Source of the DNA: Candidatus Methanoperedens sp.
GTDB lineage: Archaea; Halobacteriota; Methanosarcinia; Methanosarcinales; Methanoperedenaceae
Length of the DNA stretch: 32,000 nucleotides
Reading direction: 5' to 3'
Assembly: GCA_041494705.1 (NCBI GenBank)
Contig: JBGQBI010000002.1
Coordinates: 150,001 to 182,000 of the forward strand
Under the pieces are notes generated by a model. That model was not told where the DNA came from. It searched no databases and saw only the letters and a program-made list of their open reading frames with translations. The translations under genes and the position numbers were made by a program. Shown piece after piece: positions 1 through 6,729 of this stretch (within the stretch, counting starts at the first letter, position 1; each line of letters begins with the position of its first letter).

Positions 1-316
1 TACCGTACAAATTCGCAACCTCGCCATGTGACCAGAAATCAGATAGGAGCCTCGTATATTTAATTCCGAGTTCTTTAGCCCATGCTTTTTTCGATGGGAC
101 GGTATCCACACTTACACCCAGTGCAACTGTGCCCAGTTTCTCAAACCTGCCGTGATTCTCTTCAAGCGACTTCATCTGGTCTGCGCATACAGGTGTCCAG
201 GCAAGCGGATGAAAGGACAGTAGAACTCTTTTTCCTTTAAGCTTCGACAATTTCACATTTTTTCCATCCTGGTCGCTTAAAGTAAAATCTTTCGCTTTAT
301 CTCCTGTTTTAACCAT
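1..316 (-). CDS. peroxiredoxin (AhpC/TSA-Bcp type), N-terminal part only; the C-terminus lies beyond the left edge
   Basis: Not in the ORF track because it runs off the window. My reverse-strand translation from ATG (316-314) reads MVKTGDKAKDFTLSDQDGKNVKLSKLKGKRVLLSFHPLAWTPVCADQMKSLEENHGRFEKLGTVALGVSVDTVPSKKAWAKELGIKY... This is a thioredoxin-fold peroxiredoxin pattern with the peroxidatic Cys in WTPVC. A GGAGG (326-330, minus) lies 9 nt upstream of the ATG. Confidence 0.75.
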   Translation of the reverse strand, partial: MVKTGDKAKDFTLSDQDGKNVKLSKLKGKRVLLSFHPLAWTPVCADQMKSLEENHGRFEKLGTVALGVSVDTVPSKKAWAKELGIKYTRLLSDFWSHGEVANLYG

Positions 317-408
317 ATTCAAATTCCTCCTGTATTCCCTGATAATATGTTTGAATTCATGTATATTAAAATATCGTGCAGACGAAGGCATCAGGCAGAT
401 ATTTTAAC

Positions 409-1035
409 TCATGCAAGTTTAGTCTGCTGGAATTTTGCCTTTAACCCGTCAAGGTCAATCAATTCGTTTATGATATCGATAAGGACATCGTTTCCTTTTT
501 CCAGCACATTTTTACTATCTTCTTTGAGTTCAAAAGCCGGGTCTTCCGGAGGTATTTTGATGCGCGTCACAGAAGCCCTGTGTTCTTTAAGGCGAACATC
601 CTTTGACTCCCTGATATTTTCTGTCTTTCGGCCTTCAATCCCGAGTAATTCAAGTTCGTATTTGAAACATGGGCGGTGGAAAAGTGAGGAAAGGATAAAA
701 ACCGCGATATCCAGCCGGTCTGGCATATCGATATTCTTAAGATGGTCTTTTACGATGCCGTAAATATCACGTTTGGGGTTCGCTTTAAAGGTATAAACTA
801 TTGAGGGAGGGATGTCAATCTCATCCAGATATCCCATGTCGTGAAGCGCGCGAAGGTAACCAGTGAGTATCAATCTGTGATGGTCGTGTCCGTTTTTTTT
901 CAATTCCCTCGCTATGCTGCTTATGGACATTTGTTTATTCGCAAGCACGCCTGCGAGGATATTGTAAAACTCCGACATCAACTTAAGATTTGATAACAAA
1001 CCTGATAAATGTTTTGATTCGGATGGCAAGGACAT
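409..1035 (-). CDS. hypothetical protein, probable winged-helix DNA-binding protein
   Basis: The ORF-track ORF 409..1185 is trimmed to internal Met51 (1035; alternative Met70 at 978), because the first 50 codons overlap the hdrC start and an AT-rich promoter-like spacer. The segment MSISSIARELKKNGHDHHRLILTGYLRALHDMGYLDE looks like a wHTH recognition unit. I do not recognise a family. Confidence 0.55.
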   Translation of the reverse strand: MSLPSESKHLSGLLSNLKLMSEFYNILAGVLANKQMSISSIARELKKNGHDHHRLILTGYLRALHDMGYLDEIDIPPSIVYTFKANPKRDIYGIVKDHLKNIDMPDRLDIAVFILSSLFHRPCFKYELELLGIEGRKTENIRESKDVRLKEHRASVTRIKIPPEDPAFELKEDSKNVLEKGNDVLIDIINELIDLDGLKAKFQQTKLA

Positions 1036-1090
1036 TGCAATACTATTATATATAGCATTAACCCTACATCTACTTCCTCCCGAGCGAGAT

Positions 1091-1705
1091 ATGAACAAAG
1101 AAATAATCCTCATTGAATCCAGGGACGCTGCTTTTAGAGACCTCATTTTAAAAACACCGGTGGGCAAGAAGCTCCCCACATGCATGCAGTGCGGTATATG
1201 TGCGGGCTCATGTCCGGTCAGCCATGAAATGGATTATAACCCGCGCCAGCTTGTGCGCATGGTTCAGCTTGGCCTCAAAAAGGAAGTGCTCAACAGCAAC
1301 ACTATATGGATATGCACCACATGCTTTTCATGCTCTGTGCGCTGCCCGAGGGGGATACGCCCCACTGAACTCATGGAGACGTTAAAACCCATAGCAATAG
1401 CAGAAGGCGTAGAGAACAAAAACGAAAGATTTGACGGCGTTTTCTCAGATGTGGTCAGGAAAAACGGCAGGGCTTCTGAATTCCTTCTAATCTCCAGATA
1501 CAGCCTGAAAGAGCCTGAAATGATAAAACAGGCTCCATTTGGTCTTTCTCTTTTCTCAAAAGGAAAATTGCCCCTGGCCATTGATAAAATGGAAAATACG
1601 CGTGAACTTGATAGTATTTTTAGTCTCGGGGAAAAAGCGGAAAAGAAAGAAAACAAGGAAACAGAGACGGAAATAGAAAAAGAAGAGCCGGAGACCGATA
1701 AATGA
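1091..1705 (+). CDS. hdrC: heterodisulfide reductase subunit C
   Basis: 204 aa with two CxxCxxCxxxCP motifs (CMQCGICAGSCP, CTTCFSCSVRCP). The stop overlaps the hdrB start (ATGA at 1702-1705). It carries a K/E-rich C-terminal tail. Confidence 0.9.
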   Translation: MNKEIILIESRDAAFRDLILKTPVGKKLPTCMQCGICAGSCPVSHEMDYNPRQLVRMVQLGLKKEVLNSNTIWICTTCFSCSVRCPRGIRPTELMETLKPIAIAEGVENKNERFDGVFSDVVRKNGRASEFLLISRYSLKEPEMIKQAPFGLSLFSKGKLPLAIDKMENTRELDSIFSLGEKAEKKENKETETEIEKEEPETDK

Positions 1706-2544
1706 AATATTCGTATTATCCCGGATGCGCACAGCACGGAACGGCTGTGGATTATCGACAGTCGGTGGAAGTGGTGTTTCGCTCACTTGGCATCGAGCTT
1801 GAAGAGGTGAAGAACTGGAACTGCTGCGGCGCCCTACATGTGCCTGACATGACCGTAAGAACTGCGCTCTCAGCAAGAACCCTGGCATCATCAAAAGGGC
1901 TTGATATGGCAACACCATGCAACCTTTGCTATTCCAACCTCATGCGCGCAAAAACAGCGCTTGAAGAGGATTCCCTCAAAACTAGGGTCAATGAAGCTCT
2001 CACTGCAAAATATGATGGCAATACAAAACCGAAACACCTTCTCGAAGTAGTAGTCAAAGATTTCGGACTTACAAAACTGGCTGAAAAGGTCAAAAAGCCA
2101 TTAAAAATAAAAGCCGTGCCCTATTACGGTTGTTTACTCACGCGGCCTGAGAACAACTTTGACAGCCCTGAAAACCCAAAGTCGCTGGATAACCTTATCG
2201 CAAGCCTTGGGGCAGAACCAGTAAAATATTATTATAAAACAAAATGCTGCGGCGGCCCTATCCTGATAACGAACGAAGACCTTGCGCTTGAACTTGCAAG
2301 AGATTTGCTAATAATGGCAAAAGAATCGGGAGCGGACTGTATGGTTGTAACATGCCCCATGTGCCATCTCCAGCTGGATGCAAAGCAGAAAGCAGTGGAG
2401 AAAAAATATAACATCAAGCTTGATATGCCGGTAATTTATTTTACACAACTCATAGGTCTTGCTATGGGCTTCTCCCCGGATGAACTGGGAATGGGGAAGC
2501 ATCTTGTTCCTTGCGATAAATTGATAGCAAAGATAGGGAGGTAA
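1702..2544 (+). CDS. hdrB: heterodisulfide reductase subunit B
   Basis: 280 aa with two CCG-type cysteine domains (YYPGC...NWNCCGA...CNLC and YYGC...KCCGGP...CPMC). Confidence 0.92.
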   Translation: MKYSYYPGCAQHGTAVDYRQSVEVVFRSLGIELEEVKNWNCCGALHVPDMTVRTALSARTLASSKGLDMATPCNLCYSNLMRAKTALEEDSLKTRVNEALTAKYDGNTKPKHLLEVVVKDFGLTKLAEKVKKPLKIKAVPYYGCLLTRPENNFDSPENPKSLDNLIASLGAEPVKYYYKTKCCGGPILITNEDLALELARDLLIMAKESGADCMVVTCPMCHLQLDAKQKAVEKKYNIKLDMPVIYFTQLIGLAMGFSPDELGMGKHLVPCDKLIAKIGR

Positions 2545-2546
2545 AA

Positions 2547-4865
2547 ATGCCTGAGAACGAACCCGCCCCCACGAATGAAAATCCCTCCACAAATGGTCAA
2601 AAACCAGGGCAGCCTCCCAAAAAAACAGGCGTGTACCTTTGCAGGTGCGGCGGGAATATAGGCGACGTCGTCGATCTGCAATCAATTGCCGACAGCCTGA
2701 AAGAAAATAAAGACGTTTTGGTGAATATCCAGGATTACCTGTGCAGCGGCGCGGGACAGGAGAAAATCAAAAGCGATATCGAGAAAGGAAAAGTGGACAG
2801 GGTGGTAATCGGCTCATGCTCGCCAAAACTGCATCTTGAAACATTCAGGAGCATGGCAAAAAAAGCAGGGCTTAATCCGAACCTGCTTGAAATCACAAAC
2901 ATCAGGGAACAGGCAAGCTGGGTGCACGATAAAGAGGGCATAAATCCAAAGGTCAAGGGGTTAATAAAAGGCGCTGTCGCCAGAATGGGTTCCATAGAAC
3001 CGCTTGTGCCGCTTGAGAAAAAACTTGTTGACAGGACTCTCGTGGTAGGAGGCGGGATTGCGGGGATTACCACTGCTCTTGAACTTGCGGACGCACATGA
3101 AGTTATTCTTATAGAAAAACAGCCATTCCTTGGCGGGCATATGATCGGCCTTTCCAAGACCTTCCCGACGCTTGATTGTTCCCAGTGCATTCTTACGCCA
3201 AAAATGGTAGCGGTGCATAATCATCCTAATATCACCATGTTGACCCAGACCGAAGTGGCGGACGTGCAGGGAAGCCCGGGGGATTACTCCATAACACTGA
3301 GACACAGCCCGCGATACGTCGATATCGAAAAATGCATATCATGCGGGGCATGCGCCAGGAAATGCCCCACAGGCGCCATATTCCTGCCTTTCGCCCAGGC
3401 TGTACCGCAGGCATACATGATTGATATGTCAAAATGCAAAAACTGCGGCGCCTGCGTAAAAGTTTGCCCCCGCGATGCCATAAACCTGGATGCGAAAGAA
3501 AAGACAAGTCTGGTTTCAATAGGGTCAGTGGCTATTGCAACAGGTTTTGAGCCCATAGACCCATCGTTTATCGAAGAGTACAATTATCCTTCCCCGAATC
3601 TTCTCACTGCTGTGGAATTTGAGGAGATGCTATCGGCAAAGAGCAAAACAGGAATGAGATTACAGAAAGCAGACGGCTCATTCCCCAACCGCGTGGCATT
3701 CGTTCTGTGCGCAGGAAGCCGGGATTTTACCGGCAAAGGCAGGAAACACTGCTCCAAGGTATGCTGCATCTACTCGCAGAAACAGGCGCAGCTTGTAAAA
3801 AAGATGAAAGGGGACGCCGAAGCCTGGATATTCTATATCGATATGAGGTCGGCAGGCAGAAGGTTTGAAGAGTTCTATCATCACACCGCAGAGAAAGGCG
3901 TCAATTACGTGCGCGGAAAAGTGGCTGAAATAATACCCAGGCAAGACGGCACTCTCATGGTGCAGTACGAGGATACCAACCTTGGAAGGAAAGGGCGCGA
4001 GAGCTTCGACATGGTTGTCCTGTGCCCTGCTCTTATTCCGTCCGCAGGAACAAAGGAACTTGCAGATAAACTCGGGGTGCCGCTTGGGGATGATGGTTTT
4101 ATAGAGGAAAAACATGTCAAGCTTGACCCTGTAAATACATTGAACCAGTCGGTGTTTGCTGCGGGCTGTGTGCTTGGTCCGAAGGATATTCACGATTCAG
4201 TGACGGAGGGCATAAGCGCGGCACATAAAGTCTCCCAGTTCCTCGGGAAAGGCATGATACTGATACCTCCTGAAAAACCCATGATACTTGAGTGCAACGG
4301 ATGCGGCGAATGCGTGAAAGCCTGTCCTTATAGCGCTCTTAACCTTGAAAACGGAAAGGCTGTGCTGTCGCCTCTTGCATGTACAGGCTGCGGTATCTGT
4401 GTGCCTGCATGCCCGATAAAAGGAATCGAGATAAGGAATTATACAAGAAACCAGTATAAAGCGCAGTTAAAAGCGATATTGGGTGAAGAGCCCGGAGTGA
4501 TTGTGTTCATAGACCCTTATGCATATGCAGCAGCCGATATTGCGGGTGTTAACCGCAGGCAGTACTCTTCCCTTGTCAGGTTTGTAAATGTCCCCACCAT
4601 CCATATCCTTGATGCGGACGTTGTCAATGCGGCTTTTGAATATGGGGCTACAGGTGTTTTGCTTATAGAAGGGACGACGGATGAGAAACTCACATCGCGT
4701 TCGGATGAGTTATACAAGAAGCTCAAAAAAGAGACGCGAAAGCATAAAAAACCCTTGCGGTATTCCCACATAGAAACGGCGCAGTATGAGAAATTGACTG
4801 ACCTGCTTAATGTTTTTGCGACCCAGGCAGGCGTGAAGGCACAAAAGAAGAATAAGAAAGAATAA
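2547..4865 (+). CDS. hdrA: heterodisulfide reductase subunit A with a C-terminal MvhD-like domain
   Basis: 772 aa. It has the N-terminal cluster domain (CRCGG..LCSG..GSCSP), the FAD fingerprint VVGGGIAGITTA, DCSQC, and an inserted 2x[4Fe-4S] ferredoxin (CISCGACARKCP / CKNCGACVKVCP). It also has CAGSRD...CSKVCC, a C-terminal ferredoxin (CNGCGECVKACP / CTGCGICVPACP) and a ~120-aa MvhD-like tail. It starts 3 nt after the hdrB stop. Confidence 0.9.
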   Translation: MPENEPAPTNENPSTNGQKPGQPPKKTGVYLCRCGGNIGDVVDLQSIADSLKENKDVLVNIQDYLCSGAGQEKIKSDIEKGKVDRVVIGSCSPKLHLETFRSMAKKAGLNPNLLEITNIREQASWVHDKEGINPKVKGLIKGAVARMGSIEPLVPLEKKLVDRTLVVGGGIAGITTALELADAHEVILIEKQPFLGGHMIGLSKTFPTLDCSQCILTPKMVAVHNHPNITMLTQTEVADVQGSPGDYSITLRHSPRYVDIEKCISCGACARKCPTGAIFLPFAQAVPQAYMIDMSKCKNCGACVKVCPRDAINLDAKEKTSLVSIGSVAIATGFEPIDPSFIEEYNYPSPNLLTAVEFEEMLSAKSKTGMRLQKADGSFPNRVAFVLCAGSRDFTGKGRKHCSKVCCIYSQKQAQLVKKMKGDAEAWIFYIDMRSAGRRFEEFYHHTAEKGVNYVRGKVAEIIPRQDGTLMVQYEDTNLGRKGRESFDMVVLCPALIPSAGTKELADKLGVPLGDDGFIEEKHVKLDPVNTLNQSVFAAGCVLGPKDIHDSVTEGISAAHKVSQFLGKGMILIPPEKPMILECNGCGECVKACPYSALNLENGKAVLSPLACTGCGICVPACPIKGIEIRNYTRNQYKAQLKAILGEEPGVIVFIDPYAYAAADIAGVNRRQYSSLVRFVNVPTIHILDADVVNAAFEYGATGVLLIEGTTDEKLTSRSDELYKKLKKETRKHKKPLRYSHIETAQYEKLTDLLNVFATQAGVKAQKKNKKE

Positions 4866-4906
4866 GAGTCAGACGGGGAAGAATAGGGATTTTACGATTA
4901 TTAAAA

Positions 4907-5080
4907 TCAATAGATTTCTCCGGAAGTGTGTCTGACCACGCCGCCAACTTTTAATTTTCCATCTTTAAGAATAACAGTGGTCAGTCCCTCTATTATTCCT
5001 TCGGTTTCAATGACGTCGCCGTCTGCTAATTCCCGTACTATGACTGTATATTTTGTTTTGTTCTTGTATTCTTTTGGCAC
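4907..5080 (-). CDS. small hypothetical protein (57 aa, GTG start)
   Basis: It is below the apparent size cut-off of the ORF track. My translation is (M)PKEYKNKTKYTVIVRELADGDVIETEGIIEGLTTVILKDGKLKVGGVVRHTSGEIY*. A GGAAGGAG lies 7 nt upstream of the GTG. It fills an otherwise empty gap between hdrA and tRNA-Glu. Confidence 0.35.
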   Translation of the reverse strand: MPKEYKNKTKYTVIVRELADGDVIETEGIIEGLTTVILKDGKLKVGGVVRHTSGEIY

Positions 5081-5158
5081 TCTGCTACTCCTTCCCTATG
5101 AATCGATTTTGGAATGAAAAAGTATTGTCTTCATGATAAATAAATTTATTGTAAAATA

Positions 5159-5266
5159 TGCTCCGATCGGGATTTGAACCCGAGTCTCTGGCTGTCTTTA
5201 TTTTGGCGTTATTTCACGCATAAAACTTGAAAGGCCAGAATGATTGGCCTGCTACACTATCGGAGC
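5159..5266 (-). tRNA. tRNA-Glu (anticodon UUC) with a 34-nt canonical intron (plus coordinates 5194-5227)
   Basis: Minus-strand cloverleaf: acceptor GCTCCGA/TCGGAGC plus discriminator A, T-arm TCGGG-TTCAAAT-CCCGA, anticodon stem CTGGC/GCCAG, loop CUUUCA|A. The insert sits between nt 37/38. The junctions form a bulge-helix-bulge: a 4-bp helix CUUU/AAAG flanked by 3-nt bulges CAA and ACA, with inner helix GUUUU/AAAAU. No CCA is encoded. Confidence 0.85.
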
Positions 5267-5374
5267 GCAGTAGGCTTAATATAACACAACCATATTTAAT
5301 GGTTTGGTAGTCCATAAATTATCACTCGATATATTTATATAGGACAAAGAAGGGTCTTTAGGGTTGGTGTCGAA

Positions 5375-6091
5375 ATGCTAGATAAATGTCCAAATTGCGG
5401 TGAGCCTCTGGTAACCAAGACTATTAAAAAAGTATTAGCCTCAGGCAGTATTGATTATCCAATTTCGCAAACGTGCCCGAAATGCAATTGGAGCAAGGAT
5501 TTAACAGGCGCAGGCGATGTAGTTTCAAAGCCTGTAACAGAAAAGCCTCTTGAGGCAAAAAAAGAGGATGTAATAATTCAGCATGCACCACCACCAAAGG
5601 CCGTACCTCCGAAATCGCAGCCAATGCCTGGGCCATCAACCGATATCAACAAAATCATAACAGTAGTGCTGGCAATACTTGTTCTGGGCGGACTTGCATG
5701 GGCATTTTTCCTGTATCCCGGTGCGCCAACAAAACAGGGCGGCAATATACCCACGCCAACACCGACTCCTGTAATTACACAAACCCAGGTTCAAACCCCG
5801 ACAGTTACTACTATCCCCGAGGTTACGCCGACCGGTAATAAGACACTGGTAAAATTGGATAGCAGACGGGGCTTTATTCCAAATAAACAAACAACCAAAC
5901 CAGGTGATGAGCTTATCTGGAGAAATACCGGAACAGAAACCCTTACTCTTGTTAGCAGTGATGGCCTTTTCGATGCTCAACTCCTGGCAAACGACAAAGA
6001 ATTTCGTTATATATCCAAGAAAACCGGAACTTATAATTTCTATCTTAAAGGAAATACAAACCTGAACGGAACTATTGTCGTAGAACCTTAA
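5375..6091 (+). CDS. membrane-anchored protein: N-terminal zinc ribbon, one TM helix, Pro/Thr linker, cupredoxin-like C-terminal domain
   Basis: 238 aa with a CPNC...CPKC zinc ribbon, the TM segment IITVVLAILVLGGLAWAFFLY and a PTPTPTPV linker. The C-terminal beta-rich domain (KPGDELIWRN...TGTYNFY...NGTIVV) lacks His/Cys/Met copper ligands. A TATA-like ATATATTTATATAG lies about 35 nt upstream. Confidence 0.7.
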   Translation: MLDKCPNCGEPLVTKTIKKVLASGSIDYPISQTCPKCNWSKDLTGAGDVVSKPVTEKPLEAKKEDVIIQHAPPPKAVPPKSQPMPGPSTDINKIITVVLAILVLGGLAWAFFLYPGAPTKQGGNIPTPTPTPVITQTQVQTPTVTTIPEVTPTGNKTLVKLDSRRGFIPNKQTTKPGDELIWRNTGTETLTLVSSDGLFDAQLLANDKEFRYISKKTGTYNFYLKGNTNLNGTIVVEP

Positions 6092-6408
6092 ATCTGAGTC
6101 CAATCGAGCTGGAAACCATCAAGGGTCATGAGGATAATCTTCTGCTTTATTCCAGGCAGTTCATAAGGCAGGTCTTCAAAACCGATAAATAATTCATCGC
6201 CGGGATTAATATCAGGCGGTGGATTGAGAACTTTTCCGAAAAAGTATTTCTTATTTTCTTTTGAATCTGAAACAACCACGTTTCTCCATCCTTTAGCCTG
6301 TGCTACCCGTACAACAGTGCATTTCCTTTTGAATTTTTTTAATGTCTTTTTGATTCCACCGATTTCAGTTTCAGTTGTCTGGACAACATCAATATTATTA
6401 TCTGCCAT
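6088..6408 (-). CDS. hypothetical protein (106 aa)
   Basis: Clean ORF of native composition. Its stop overlaps the stop of the convergent gene at 6088-6091. I do not recognise a family. Confidence 0.5.
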   Translation of the reverse strand: MADNNIDVVQTTETEIGGIKKTLKKFKRKCTVVRVAQAKGWRNVVVSDSKENKKYFFGKVLNPPPDINPGDELFIGFEDLPYELPGIKQKIILMTLDGFQLDWTQI

Positions 6409-6486
6409 TTTTGTTTCACCCGAAGATACCTTGATATACCCGTTTTATGTAATAAAGCATACTCATATAAAGAAATACTATCATAG

Positions 6487-6714
6487 GTGAACTCCATGGG
6501 ACTACCAGCAACAAAACGCTATTTGATTGAATTACTTCACAAACATAAACTCACATATGAACAGGTCGCCCAATATTCGGGCATAGACACTGAAAGGGTC
6601 AAAGCTATCAAGAAGGGAGACGAACCAACCGATGAAGAAAGACTGAGATTAAGAAATGTGGCATATTCTTTATCCGAGCTTCTCCAGAAAGATACTGGCG
6701 AGACAATGGATTAA
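6487..6714 (+). CDS. small helix-turn-helix-like protein
   Basis: 75 aa from GTG 6487. An in-frame ATG at 6496 sits about 25 nt downstream of a TATA-like CATATAAAG, so a leaderless 72-aa product is equally likely. LTYEQVAQYSGIDTERVKAIKKG resembles an XRE-type HTH. It ends 15 nt before hef. Confidence 0.5.
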   Translation: MNSMGLPATKRYLIELLHKHKLTYEQVAQYSGIDTERVKAIKKGDEPTDEERLRLRNVAYSLSELLQKDTGETMD

Positions 6715-6729
6715 TGTTTTCAATCAAGA

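Noticed and set aside
1036-1185. Upstream extension of the winged-helix ORF (start 1185)
   Set aside because: It runs across the AT-rich divergent promoter region and overlaps the first 95 nt of hdrC. Internal Met codons give a compact protein.
2547-4865. Selenocysteine (UGA) recoding or frameshift in HdrA
   Set aside because: The reading frame is uninterrupted over 772 codons, and the position that is Sec or Cys in some methanogens is covered by ordinary codons.
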